Counted from the first letter of the whole stretch, positions 12,131 to 25,264 are shown. The stretch is DNA of 61,365 nt, filler included, from Sphacelaria rigidula (GCA_964200075.2; 6 parts of 6 records of this genome joined end to end with filler, not necessarily neighbours in it); one strand, 5' to 3'. Notes: a model not told the origin generated them from the letters alone. Numbers and translations: made by a program.

Positions 12131-13694
12131 TCACATCCCTATCCGCGTCTTGGACGGCCCAGCCTGTATGCATGGCTACAAATGTCGCTGGCATAGTCAC
12201 CACTCATGGTGATGTCCACGCGTCACGACCAAATCGTGCACCCGTGTACTGGTTGTTGCGTGGCCTTTTTGCCCCCCTGTCCCCCCGTTCCAATACAGCC
12301 TTTTTTTCTGTCCACCAATCATAATTGTTCTGAACCCCCTCCCTCTCAGAAAAAAACTGTTCAAAAGGGCAACGAACTGGTAGCCCCGAGTGTTGGTGGA
12401 GTTGATGTTCCGACGTCTGCTCCGCCTCCGCCGTGGAAGACCTCCAGGTACGTCTAGCACCGGAGACCCCGCCTCTCCCAAAACTTGGCGCGGCGTTGTT
12501 GGCTTCGGTCCGCCCACAGGTGCATACACAAATGTTCCTGCCGACTAAATTGTACCTAGATGCCTCTCCTTGCCATATGCGTAACCTTACGCCATGCAGT
12601 CGGTACTGAATTGTGTCGATCCGCTGCGATCCTCGAAGGCGCTAGTCGTAGATTTTCAGGCGCACAGGGATATCCATAAGGCTATCTATCATGCTTGGAC
12701 CATAGCCACCCATCAGTGACGGACGCCCCAGAGTATTTCGCGCAATGAAAATCAAGAATCAGTATGGATGTGAACTTGCAGTTTTGGCCAGTTGAGTTTC
12801 AACTGGCCGCTGGCGCGGCCAGTACGTCGATGTTTTTCCAGTTTAGGCTGCGAAATCCAACAGCCCCCTCCGGCTGATGAAGGGGCCTCGCGGGAGTGTC
12901 ACCGGAGGCGAAAAAAAAATGCGGTATGTGGATAGTTGTAAAAAATGTGAACCCTCACATTGAGGAGCTAAGAGGCTTTCATGACTTTGAAATTCCATTC
13001 AAAAAGTTGTGCGAATTAAAAACTGTTCATTTATAGCATGCAGCAGCAGAGACTCCGCGAGGAGGGGAGGAGGGGAAGAAGGAAGCCAAGGCTGGCAAGT
13101 TACGGTGATGAGAGATCAAAGTTGTTCACGTCCGGGCCGGCAAACATGCATACAGTTTGAATAGCAGGTCATGGTGTATTTCGTACTCTGTGCTGGCGTG
13201 TTACCGTTTGTTATTTTTGTTTTCGGATGTCGTGCAATGGCACGTTGAACCTTGGAAAATAAATATCCGCTGTATAACTTTGAATTGTAGTAGTGATCAT
13301 GTGCTTCATCATGTTCAAAATGCTCATCATGCAGTTGGCAATTGGCAATTAGGGTTTGGCGTTCGGTAGTTCCGCATCAAGCGTCCCGCCGAATGAAAGT
13401 CACACCCTCTTTTTTTTCTTCATTTTCCTCATTCGACGGACGAGCCGTCGACCTACACACTACGGCTGAAAGAAACGGAGTACTGCACAACCGTGGGGTG
13501 CTACCGAAGCAGATGAGGGGCAAAAGAAAGCAGAAAACGCCTGAAGTAGTCAGCTAGTGACTGGCCCATGGCAAATGCGTTTTTCGTGTGCTATGGTACT
13601 GCCACACAACGCCAGACCTATGCCGCACAAGTCGACCGAAACACGGAAAGATGAAGCATGAGGCTGAGCACCACTGTTTCACGCGTCATCGGAC

Positions 13695-14205
13695 ACTTTC
13701 TACGACAGCCCCCCACCAAAATCAGCCCAAAAGTGTCACGCAAAAAATGGACATACAGCGCCTGATGTTTGGGTTCGGGCTGCATGAAGCGCCTCATATG
13801 TGCGACATTGGCGAGAACCAACCCAAGCGTGAGGATTCCCAGCTGCTCGTTGTGCTCGGCTCTCTCCATTTCGGTTCACGTGAATACTTTGCCTCCCCAA
13901 ACCAGGCACTTTTTGGGGGGAGGCTATCGTAGAGTGCGACATTGGCGAGAACAAATCCAAGCGTGGGAATTCCCAGCTGCTCGTTGTGCTCGGCTTTCTC
14001 CATTTCGGTTCACGTGAATACTTTGCCTCCCCAAACCAGGCATTTTTTGGGGGGAGGCTATCGTAGAGTGCGACATCGGCGAGAACAAATCCAAGCGTGG
14101 GAATTCCCAGCTGCTCGTTGTGCTCGGCTTTCTCCATTTCGGTTCACGTGAATACTTTGCCTCCCCAAACCAGGCATTTTTTGGGGGGAGGCTATCGTAG
14201 AAAGT
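13695..14205. mobile_element. MITE with TIRs, a ~9-bp TSD and an internal 134-bp tandem triplication
   Basis: TIR ACTTTCTACGACAGCC / GGCTATCGTAGAAAGT; flanks GTCATCGGAC and GTCATCGAC; 134-bp units start at 13801, 13935 and 14069. Confidence 0.75.
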
Positions 14206-14537
14206 GTCATCGACGCAAACGATTGCCATCGACGCCTGCGAAGCGCCTTCCATCTCAATTGATACCTCATATTCCTCTGCAACTGCAAAGTGCAGGCCTC
14301 AATTTTGTGCAGTCAATTTGTACATAATGGTGTAAACATTTTTGTTGTAAACTCACCATACTAGCATTGGCATAAAAATTGCCGGTAACGGCAAACCTCA
14401 TATAAACAGGATAAACTGGCGCCCCGGTCGCCAGTTCCAGTTGGACTCTAGTTCCACTTGAATCAAAAGTATGAACTGGTCCAGTTCACAGCCCCAACAG
14501 TCAGCCATGCTTCCGTGTAATTTATTTCTGGTTGCAG

Positions 14538-14640
14538 GGAAAATTGTGGGGTATGTTCTGGCTAAAATGGAGGAGGACTCCAACGTACCGCCTCACGGGC
14601 ACATCACGTCGCTGGCGGTATTGCGGACGCACCGAAAGAG
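14538..14640 (+). CDS. NAA10: N-alpha-acetyltransferase 10 (NatA catalytic subunit, ARD1), internal exon
   Basis: TTGCAG acceptor, GTGAGA donor; encodes (G)[34 protein letters not shown], a hallmark NAA10 segment. Confidence 0.95.
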
Positions 14641-14989
14641 GTGAGAGGACCAGGGGCTGCCATGGGTATGGGAGACGACCGGTTGTAGGATCCTTAATGA
14701 AGAGCCTCTCTACCCGATGCGTTCTCCCGGAATGTTTTTTTTATCACTACGTTGTTGAAGCAACGTGACTTGCGAGAATGCGGCGAAAATGTCACAGCGC
14801 TATGATGAGGCACAAGGGGTTGCACACAACAGGACTGCAGCTGCAGGGTTATGTGGGTGGTCGAGGGTACAGCATGATACCGTAGCGAAGTGTGGAGTGC
14901 AAGTATTGTCCCGCGGGAGATGCTTAAACCCACAGCAAACTTTTGTTTTGTTTTGCATTTTATTTGTGATCAGTAGTCGCCGTTGTCTG

Positions 14990-15024
14990 TTTGTTGTTGT
15001 TGCTGCTGTTGCTTGCTACTGCTA

Positions 15025-15096
<72 letters not shown>
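14990..15096. repeat. (GTT)n microsatellite in an NAA10 intron
   Basis: Direct reading. Confidence 0.95.
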
Positions 15097-15097
<1 letters not shown>

Positions 15098-15648
15098 ACC
15101 CTTGGGGGATGCGGCAGATACTTTGAGAACACAATGCCGAGCACCGAGCATACAGTTATTACCGCGAATCATCTTAACTTCCCAAAACAACGTTTTTTAG
15201 AGTGAGTGATGTGACACAGTTTGCATCCTTGTGGCATCTCCATTTCTGTCCAGTGTCTGCTGTGAACTGCCGTCACTGGGTCTGTTTTGTCAGAGATCAA
15301 CAGAAAATCGGCGAAACAACAGCGTTGCCTGGGTACTTGAAGGTAGCGTGCGGAGTATCGTCTATCCGTTTTTTCCGGCGCTAAGCGTAGACCTTCCATA
15401 TATTACTCACCGCTTGACTTTCCTTCGTCGGTCCTTCTGTCGTGTACGTAGTCATCGCGATATTTGGAGTGCAGATTGCAAGCTGATGGACACCGAAGCT
15501 AACCTTAGGATCGTTTACGGGCGTATTCCCTAGTCTGAACCTTTTGCTTTGAGGGCACATGGTACCGATATTTCAGAAAACAGATACACCCGGGCGGTCA
15601 AAAGGTTTTGACTCTGCCCGCAAAACGCAAAATCTGTTGTGTGCGCAG

Positions 15649-15784
15649 GGGTATCGCCACGAGACTAATGCGGTGCAGTCAGCTGTGCATGCAGGAGGCG
15701 TTCGAGGCGCGGTACGTGTCCCTGCACGTGCGTGAGAGCAATAAGGCGGCGTTTCACCTTTACAAGACGACTCTGGGATACCAG
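15649..15784 (+). CDS. NAA10: NAA10 internal exon
   Basis: CGCAG acceptor, GTGAAT donor; phase-2 join gives RKRGIATRLM...YVSLHVRESNKAAFHLYKTTLGYQ (GNAT acetyl-CoA motif and SLHVR). Confidence 0.95.
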
Positions 15785-16370
15785 GTGAATGTGGGAAGTC
15801 GTGCGGTCGTGAGCGGTTCTGTTGGCACCGCTTGTGTGTTTTGGTTGCTTCGTGTGTGATGGTGGTGATTTTGCTGGCGGTGATAACGCTGATCACGTGT
15901 TTGCCTTGAAGTCCCCTCTCCTGTAATCGTTCTGTTTTACAAGCGTGTTGCAAGTTGAAAACAGCGTGTGTATTTTTGGTCGGACGAGATGAGTGCTGGT
16001 TTACTTTTGTGTGTGTGTGTTTTGCATCTGCTGCCGTTTATCAACGGTACCACATCGCCCGCCGTTGAGATGCACGTGTCGTCTGTGTTGGACCTTGTTT
16101 AGTGCTAGGAAGCAAGTCGATGTGATGGTCATGATAGTGGCGGTGATGGGACAACTTGCCCTGTACCGACATTTCCCCTTCGCAGATTTCGGTTTACAAA
16201 ACAAAGACAGTTTACTTCTTGGCTTCAAAAACTGTTCGCTCTCAAGATATGGACGATCTCACTGAGTGGCTGAAGATCGAGGTGGATGTGTGCCCGTCGC
16301 ATGAATTAAGTTAACCATCATCGCCCACGCGCTCGGCCCCTTTCTGTGTGTACCCTCCATTGCCGCGTAG

Positions 16371-16694
16371 ATCAACGATGTGGAAAAGGGGTACTACGCC
16401 GATGGAGAAGACGCGTACGATATGCGACTACCGTTCACGCAAAACGCCTCCGTCGCGACATCGGGCATCAAGCCCATGACCCCGCTCAAACAAGTCGTGG
16501 CCATGAAACCGTCATCGGAGACAGTAAAGCGACTGGAGGATGGCCCTAAGAAGGCCGGAGCAGGGGAACAGAGGACAGAGGCGTCCAAAGAGGGGGCGGT
16601 GACGGTGGCAGAAGGGGGGGGCGAGGCGGTGGTAGACGAGGTGACGAAAAAAATAGGGGAATTATCAGTCGAGGCCACCGCTGCCAAGGCGTAG
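16371..16694 (+). CDS. NAA10: NAA10 terminal exon
   Basis: CGTAG acceptor; INDVEKGYYADGEDAYDMR motif, then a low-complexity tail to TAG. Confidence 0.95.
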   Translation: MNDVEKGYYADGEDAYDMRLPFTQNASVATSGIKPMTPLKQVVAMKPSSETVKRLEDGPKKAGAGEQRTEASKEGAVTVAEGGGEAVVDEVTKKIGELSVEATAAKA

Positions 16695-18154
16695 CACAAG
16701 ATTTGCGTTTTTACTAGTAGAGCGGGCAGTGCCCACATGTTTTTTCCCAATATTCTGTGTGTTCTTTCATGTGTCGTCATTCAAGAGTGGATACCGATTG
16801 TTGTGAGGGTGTGCAACGGGGGTGAGGGGTGGGGGGATGCACGCCCAAGTACCTAGCCGGTATACCAACGGCCAGTTGCAGTAGGGTGGAAGGCTTCGGG
16901 TTCAATTCTCAATGGGTACGATCTTGTAGAGCAGAATATGGCTTCCGTGGTTGCAAGCGTGAGAACGTGAGGAGCGAAGAGAACTCGATGAGAGTTGATG
17001 GAATTGCGGGAGTGCTTATCCAGTTGGCGATGACAGATTATCGAGGATGTGGCAGGAGAGAGGCGTTGATCCCGTAAGACTACCACCGGAGCGCGCGCGG
17101 GGGGGAGGGGGGAGTGGGGGGTAGGGTCGAAAATTCGGAGAGGAAGTCCCTTGTGGCTTTTGGTTTGGCTTGCATGGGTTTGGCTATGGATATGGGGCTG
17201 GTCCACGGTGTTTCTTTTCGTTTCATGGTTGGTGGGATATGTGCTCTGGTTTATTTTTCCCTTGCTCTTGGAGCAGAAGGAGAGGATAGTACAAGAGCTG
17301 CGTATCGCAATTGGCGATGTGCAAGGTCGAAGTTCAAGTGGTGAAGACGCTCGCTATACACCATGCGTGAGCCTGTGCTGTTTTATAGTGTGACTTCTCG
17401 TTGGCGTTATTTTTTTACTGACACACCCGTAACCTTCAAAGCAAGCCAAACCTTGAGTAGTATTGCTCAAGGAGGGGAGGTGGTGAATGCGCGGGACACT
17501 GTCACGGCAGATGGCTTTATCCGTTAGACGTGGATTGACGCAAACAACGGGCGAGGAGGAACTCGGGTAGGGCAAGCCAAGGGCTGACCCCAAATCGGAA
17601 ATGCGCATGTCAAGGTATCGCCTCCAATTTGATGTCCTGCACATGTCGCGCACAGGAGTTAATCCCAACGTGTGCTGTACAAATCACGTGGGAGGCCTCA
17701 TGATAGTTCTTGTTCTCTACACTGTTGTTTTGGTGTCTCGATGAGTGGGCACATGCGTGAGCGTGACCCAGAGACTCCCCCACGCTCTTCTTTGTCATCT
17801 GGCTCACGAATCCATCAGATAGTCCCCAACTTGAGGGCAATGACGCATACACACATTCGCCAAACCTGATCCGGCAACACATCATAGATCGCCTGTCTTT
17901 CTATTTTTCAGGGTCTTCAACGTTGGAAAAACACTTCAGGTAGCACCTTGTATGTCTTTGCAAACTGGAACAGACGCCCCTAGCACCAGGTAGGGCTGGA
18001 CCTGTGGTCTACGCATCCCAGTTGTGCGTAAGCAAACTTTACACAGCAGTCCACCATGCCCAACCTTGAACATCCATTCAAGTAAGGAAGGAAAACCGTA
18101 CCCATCATGTGCAACATTAGTGATCAATATATCTCTGCTTCCCCTGAGTATTTA

Positions 18155-18474
18155 AACACAGGATTTTACATATCGGGGATGAGAAACTAAATAATACAAA
18201 TATTCGAAACATGGTTCCCATTCTTCACTTGGTGGTAGCTGTCGGCAACTGCTACCTGTCATACAAATTTGGATTTCGAGAACCGAATTGTCGGGGTCCT
18301 GTGTAAAGAACCAATTTTGGGGAATTTAGGTGATCCGATCGGACCCCACAAATTCACCTAGGACCCGATATTTCGGTTTATCCAAATCCGAATTCGCATG
18401 GCGTGCAGTAGTTGTCAATAGCTACTGACACGTGAAGAAATGGAACCATGCTTCGAAGATTTGGTGTGGATATA
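18155..18474. mobile_element. Palindromic (foldback/MITE-like) repeat, same family as the 56.2-kb and 56.8-kb copies
   Basis: TTCGAAACATGGTTCC...AATTTGGATTTCG arm mirrored by CCAAATCCGAATT...GGAACCATGCTTCGAA. Confidence 0.75.
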
Positions 18475-20390
18475 CGGGTCTGTCGAGATAATTTTTTCGG
18501 ACACGGAGCCCCTCCCCCTGCCCTGAGGACAGTTTTTCGAAAGTTATCATGATTTGGTTTCGCGAATTTTCATTTTTTTTCACGTTATTGTCGTCCCCTC
18601 GTCCTGAAAAATCTGTTTCTGAGTTCAATTTGTGTTTAAAAAATCCTACCGACGTTTCTCAGTCGTACGTCAAAACGTCGCTCACTCTCACGTGACACAT
18701 CGTACACCATGCACCTCCAGAGGTCACGGAAAAATGCACCCATGTCTCGAAGGTGGGGCCCTAAGGTAGAAGTACATATTTTGAGCACATACCGTATTGC
18801 CTTCCCAGGATCTCGCCCGCCTTTCCCTCTCGTAATCACTCGTCGCCGACGCCAATCCATCCTCGCTTCATGCGCTCACTGCTACCTCGTCCTTTCCACT
18901 CCCATTTGCAATGACTCGTCCACGCTACAGGCGCTGTGCAATGACACGTAGTATACCACAACAGCATTTACCCTCCATATCCCGATGAATCCCTCAGCTC
19001 TTGAGAGTTCTTCAGATTGTGTGGACGTAGTTGAGAAAATCGAACTGTTTATGTATTTTCAGCTGTTGCGAAATTCGTTGTATGTTGTCACAGTGACCTC
19101 TGTGCAGACGGCAGTCAGTACAGTAGAGAAACGAAAGCTAGCTATCATCGGGTTTGCTTGCCGTACTGCCGACAGCGTTGCGTGAAAGCCACAACACCTT
19201 GCGGTCGGCGGTTGATGGCGCGAGTGTCAAATGCAACGACAAGTGGTTGATCATAGAGTACTCTTGTTCCTCGTGGATATCTCGTCCCAGCTTGTAACGC
19301 ATGATGACCTCCTCACATCGGAATTAAACCTAAGAAGCTACTGTACCGGGATGTTCACGCGGCCAGTGTGTGCCCCAGATTACAGCATAGACGCACTCTT
19401 AGGCGCCACGCTAGCAACAGTTAGATCACCGCCATGGGTATCGTTTTTCACTTCGCATGTCAAGAAGGTCTCCACAAGTGTTTGATCTCTCATAAATCCC
19501 CCCAACTGGCGTGTGGCACGCTCTTCTCGTCGCGCACCCAGAGGGTCACTTGTCGGGTAAAATCAACGATAAATAAAACCCCCTAACTTCAAATTAGATC
19601 TGTTATCGCCGCAGCACCGTTGTTGCTGGCATGTGTGTGACAGACAACAGTATCGTTGACGGCAACATCGCCCTGTTTTTCGACCACACTTTCTGCGGTG
19701 CACAGAGGCGCGTCCTGTCCAAAAAGATAGGCAGAGATAAATTGATATTCACATTGGTGAGCTCAACAGACAAGAAGAGACGAGATCCCTCTGCACCTCG
19801 ACGTTCTTCGAGGGGCTGTGCAGCAATAATATATCATGCCTACCGGCACATGAGAAATTAGGTACATACGGGTAACATGCAAAATGCCAGTCTCTCGAGC
19901 GATTGGTAATCGCCGAGCGAAAACACACAGAGGTCATGGGCGAGGAGCGTCCTCTCTGTCGTTGCTTCTCTTTCTGGTAATATCGTCATCGACACGCGTG
20001 TACACCGCATTCGTTCGGTGCACCTAGCCACAGGTGCTCACCTGCTGCAAAGTTTTGGGGGAGAGATGGTTGCGCTCCGTGTGACTGTTTCGCGTCATCC
20101 CTGCAAAAACAGTATGCCACTTGAACCTCATTTTAGAGATCAACCCCAAAAGTTGGGATACGCTACGAGCTGGGCCAGCCTAGAGGCTGCATTACAGTTT
20201 GCAGACGGATGCGCCGGTCAGTATTTGGAGTGGACCCTGAAATTTGGAAGGGATAATGTATAGGGCATAATGAAAAAAACGGGAAGAAGAACCAGATATA
20301 TATAATATAATATATATATATATTGGGCAATGGCCTAGAAAAGGTATACCTTCTCGTTTTTTGCCTAAGAAAGGTATGAAAAATGGTCAG

Positions 20391-20490
20391 NNNNNNNNNN
20401 NNNNNNNNNNNNNNNNNNNNNNNNNNNNNNNNNNTTAATTAATTAANNNNNNNNNNNNNNNNNNNNNNNNNNNNNNNNNNNNNNNNNNNN
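20391..20490. other. Artificial contig-joining linker
   Basis: Same N44-TTAATTAATTAA-N44 spacer. Confidence 0.97.
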
Positions 20491-21182
20491 AAATGCAAAC
20501 ACTCGTTAAAGAAAAGTTGAGTACAGTAAACAGAAAGGTAGAACGGACACTATAAGGGAAAAAAAAAACAGAACAAACTAAGGACAACAAAAAAAAACTA
20601 GAAGTGGCCGCCTGATGCCATATGGCTTCGGTGGAAAAGTTCTTGAGGTGAAACCACGCTCACACCTAATCGTGAAGAACAAAAGCCGTGGGAACAGAGT
20701 GCGGTATTGCGGTTCGTCTATTTCGACCTCAATATTTTTGAGTGTGAAGCTGCCATCCACGAACCCTACGGAGGCGAGGTACCAAACCTGCTACTTGCAG
20801 TAGAGAGATGGGGGGAGAAAGGGAGAGCGGAGAAGAAAGTGACTACATAAGTGATGAAGCCCGAATGACACAGTGTAGTAGAGCAGGTATAAACACGCAA
20901 CATGGGACACCAACACTTGTATGTGGCCGTTTCAGCAGCCGCGGCCTGCTGCGGCCCCTGACGATCCCGTGGAGGATGCCGATGTTGTAGACGAGGCAGA
21001 CGCTAGCGGGACGCTCACGCGTTAAAGCGACCTCATATTTTGTTCTTCACCATTATCGCAGCAACCTTCATACACTTTTGCTGTTTTCCAAAAAAAAACT
21101 GGCAGAAGTCATAATCGCAGGAGGCCGGGTTGCGCTTACAGGCATCTGTGACATGTCACGCACAATGAGTCCACAGGCCCCG

Positions 21183-21510
21183 TAGGTGAGGCGGGTACCC
21201 GGTACCGGTATTCGGGACATCTCATACCCTACCGATACCGGTCCGATCGGGTATTTTCAAATGTCAAACCTACGATACATACTATACCACGGTATTTCGA
21301 TATACCAGTACCTACCGTACCCGCTCGATCGGATATTTTCAAAACTCATACACACGATATTTACGATACCACGGTACTTCGAGATTTCAATACCTACCGT
21401 ACCCGCCAAATCGGGTATTGTCAAAACTCACACCTAAGATACCCACGCATACCACGGTATGGGATAACCCGGTAAATACCGGGGGTATACCCGTAAATAC
21501 CGGACGCGAT
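21183..21510. repeat. GGTA/TACC-rich dispersed repeat, copy 1
   Basis: GGTATT.GGGACATCTC.TAC.CTACCGATACC...TCGGGTATTTT shared with 22474-22720; internal ATACCACGGTA subrepeats. Confidence 0.75.
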
Positions 21511-22473
21511 GCACTCCCCATGGTGCAGCAGCTGGTCCCAACTTCCGCAAAGGCCAGAAGTTGTCGCAGCAGGTACGTCTTGCTTCCGCAAGTGATATAT
21601 ACCCAGCCTCACCCTGATTTTCGTGTTTGGATCAATTCGAATGAACTTATCATCTAGTCTGAAGTGCGGTCGAGTTTTTCTTTCTCGATCTGATATGTCC
21701 CCCGCATTTCTGTTCTTATAAGCCCTCAACTCAAATTTGTAATTAGTGGCGCGCGGAGAAAAACTACATAACAAAAACACTAAGCTTTTTCGATCGAAAA
21801 CATGCGGTCGAAAGGCACAGAGCGGCACCTGACTCCTATCTTACAGACCACCACGCCAGATAACACCCGTTCACAGAATCGTGCAAACTCCATCAAATTC
21901 ATTCTCAGCTACCACCGCAACCCTGCAGTATCGAGTACAAGTTGAGCACAGGGATAGATATACTGCTGTCGTTCGGTATGCTCTGTTTATTTTTTGTTTG
22001 CGAAAACTTGTGCATCTTCTTTTATGGTAGGATCAGCGACGGAACTGCGTGGTACAGTGGGCAACGGAGTTGCGTACGCGCTTGTGTACAGTGCAGGCAG
22101 TACAAAGCGGCACATTGCTGAAGTCCTTTTCACGTTGCATTGTAAGCAGAGAGAACTGATAGTCCTGGGCCGTCTGCACTGCACGTTGCCTGCTTCTCTT
22201 TTATATCCTCACGTATAAAACACGCACACACACACAATGAAGACACATAATCAAGACACTGCAAGCAGTGCAGTCAGTAAAGACTGTACTGTACACGAGT
22301 AACCATGTACCGTTTCACTAATTTCACTCTCTTTTTTCGATCGAGAGCTTGAAATTCCCTTGGACCCAACTCGACAAGAATGAGCGGTTTTCGCTCTATC
22401 GAAAAAAAATGCTGAGACACGTCCTGAAACGCTTCTCCACACTGCCGGATGATGCTTTCGAAACCGGTATAGA

Positions 22474-22720
22474 GGGTAAGGCAGGAGGTACCCAGTACTG
22501 GTATTGGGGACATCTCGTACGCTACCGATACCAACCATATCGGGTATTTTCAAATGTCATATCTATGATACATGCGATACCACGGTATTTCGATACACGA
22601 GTACCTACCGTACCCGCTCAGTCAGGTACTTTCGAAATTCATGCCTACGATGCCTACAATACCACGGTAATTCAATATTTCAATACCTCCGATACCCACC
22701 CATACCACGGTATGGGATAC
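22474..22720. repeat. GGTA/TACC-rich dispersed repeat, copy 2
   Basis: Homologous to 21183-21510 in the same orientation. Confidence 0.75.
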
Positions 22721-22951
22721 AGTAGTCAGCGTCAGAAGTATGCGGAATTCGTAATTTCTCAGAATCTCCAAGATGTTCCAAATTCGTTTCGATTGGCACC
22801 GCTCATCACAGCGACTGTTGGATGCCAAGCAATGGGCATCTGGAGATATTTCATTTCTCTTGGTCAGGGGTCTTCCGTAAATATTTTCTCTATAGATGCC
22901 CAGCATCCACATTATCACAAAAAAGGGCGTTTAGTGTGTTGAGAAGAAAGC

Positions 22952-23634
22952 TGTGACGAACCCCAAATATGGCATAGTCCATCTCAGTCCACCCGCGGGT
23001 CACTGTCTAAGGGTTGAGTCGATATGTGTTTCGTGGTACCGGTAGAGTCGGACAGCAACTGGGAGGGGCCTGGTTGCATTGGGTTTATCGCGTTTATGTT
23101 ACCACCGGGGGGGGGGGGGGGGGAAGGGAAGATCGACCTCCTGTGGGCCTGTGCTTTGTTGACAGTAACTTTCAAGTAAGGCCGGTGGAAGGNNNNNNNN
23201 NNGGGGGGGGGGGTGGGTGGGGGGGGGGGGGGGTTGTTGTTGGTTGTTTTTTTTTTTTGTGGCCCGGGGGGGGGGGGGGGGGGGTTATCGGTCGCTCGCG
23301 CTCTCGTGGTCCTTTGCTCTGTTGACAGTAACTTTCAAGTCAGGCCTGTGGACGGCGGGTGTGAAATATTTATAAATCGGGGCGAAGGGTGTGTGTAGGT
23401 TGCAGCTTCTCGCTCGGTGTAGGGGTACGGCGCGTGTAGGGACTGGGTAAGCTTTACAGGGCAGCGCTTAGGGCAAGGGTAGGACTGGGTGACGGTGGGT
23501 GCGTGACGGAACACCTTGAGTGAGGAAAAGACCATACTGGAGATTGAAGGATGACGGTACAGATTAACAGACCCGGTTATTAGTAAGCGGGTCGGATTAT
23601 ACAGAGGTGATAATCACAGCACCCTCCAGCTACA
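22952..23634. mobile_element. Possible solo LTR
   Basis: Starts TGTGACG, ends GCTACA; its 5' part (CCAAAT.TGGCATAGT.CATCTCAGTCC) recurs near 28118 after TGTAGCG; no TSD found. Confidence 0.35.
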
Positions 23635-24371
23635 GCGGTGTTAGCTGACTACCCCTCTGAAGCTAGAAGGGGTATATCAGCCTGGTTGATTTACAACGAC
23701 AAAAGAACGTAATGTTAGAGCGAATTCGCTACATTGAGAACCAAGACAAGGTGCATGATGTAACGACAATTGTGGGCACTGCCCCGTAGACGAGAATAAT
23801 TTTCCCGCAGTGTCTGTGTCACCGTTTCACAATGGCGGCACCATGAGATCACTCTGTCGCTTCATGAACATATGAGTCGGGGTTCCAATCTCGGTCCCCC
23901 GCAATGCCTGCGACGAAAGAAAAAAATCGCCCAAAGTTGAGCGGGCTACAAAAAATCGCAAAATTTGTGGGGAGTGATCAGAGAAGAAAAGTATGTTAAT
24001 TGTCAGCACTGTTTACATGTTCACTGGAAAAACTTCTGCGGAGATTGTTTGCTGGACAGGTCAGCACATGCAGGAGACATACGGGGGAAAAGTGCGCAGT
24101 ATCCTTACCGCTAGCAGATGAAGAAGGTTCGCCTCTACAGACCTCTTCTCGTCGAAAAATGTATTGAAGAGCGCGAAGAAGAGAGGGGTGGCATTGATGC
24201 TACTATTCATCCGTACAAGGGAGAACATCCACATTGCCACAAGCGTCTGTCGAGGCAATCACCTTTGACATATTGATGTGCTATTTTATCCGAGCCGCTG
24301 GCGACACCGTCGGACATGTGTCATCTCTCGTTGTTTTCCTCGTCGATTCCACGTGTATTCGTCTGTTCCAG

Positions 24372-25264
24372 GCTGATTTAGGTTCGCGACAGACGATGCA
24401 CCTAGTCGTAACCCGACCGACGGAGGTCACCCCTCGGCAAGCCGTCCCACGCGGTCCAGTCCTTTCGCCGGGCGCAAGTCCTGGAACTCCCCGCCGTAGT
24501 GTACCCGCAGCAGCTCACGCATCCGTCACGGCGCCTGCACCAGAAACTGGAGCGGCTGCCCAACCCGAACGCGTGCTACTATCCGCTGCTCAGATAACAC
24601 AGCTGCAGCAGCAGTACCAGCAGGCGTTGCGAGAGCAGCAGCAGGTATTGCAGCAGCAGCAACAGCGTTACCACAATCTTGCCTTGCAGGCCATGGCGCT
24701 CACGAAGCAGAGCGGACGGGCACCGAGCTCCGGTGCCCTCTCAGCTAGCCAACAACGCCCATTACATCAGCCTCTTTCGCAGTGGCCCGCAGCGGATAAT
24801 TTTGAAGTTGCCACGTCGGCGGCAACGCGAGCGCTGGGGGCGGACATGCCTGGGCCGGCCAATGGCGGCAGGGTGCGCGATATCACGCAGGCGACTCCGG
24901 GAGTGATCCCGGAGGCTGGGTTTGAGGACGAAGACGGCCGACCCGCAAGACACAATGTGGACCCTGCCCCTGCTGCGATGCCGGCTCGTGTACACCGAGG
25001 GAAGCTGTTTCTACAGCTTTGTGGTGTTGTGTTCGTGTTTGGGGCGGACGCGAAAGACTGGCAGCTGTTTCTGCTGTGCCTCGGGGCCACTTTGGTGTTC
25101 ATGTACAAGACGGGTGCACTGGCGATTCTTTTGGGGGAGGGGCGAGAAAACGGCGGGATATGGAAGGCGATCCGGGCCGCTGCTACCGTTATACCTGAGA
25201 GCGGAGGGTTCTTGACCGACCTGCAAGTGTTCTTCTGCGCGTTTTTCGGCAGCCTTTTCCCTCC
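24372..25264 (+). CDS. HERP/HERPUD-like ER membrane protein with a ubiquitin-like domain, penultimate exon
   Basis: TTCCAG acceptor, GTGAGT donor; begins with a UBL-end-like QTMHLVV, then a Q/A/P-rich linker, hydrophobic segments LFLQLCGVVFVF...LVFMYKTG and FFCAFFGSLFP typical of the HERP-like C-terminus. Confidence 0.75.

Noticed and set aside
13801..14202. Repeated ORFs / CRISPR-like array
   Set aside because: Pure 134-bp tandem units inside a MITE; the unit length is not a multiple of 3, so the ORFs are incidental
14960..15200. Poly-Thr / poly-Val ORFs
   Set aside because: Translations of an intronic (GTT)n microsatellite
17277..17340. Possible small exon (KERIVQELRIAIGDVQGRSSS)
   Set aside because: Weak donor, no homology, and it lies just downstream of the NAA10 stop
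21510..21572. Candidate upstream exon of the HERP-like gene (CAG|GTACGT donor)
   Set aside because: Translation shows no ubiquitin-like features and it abuts a repeat
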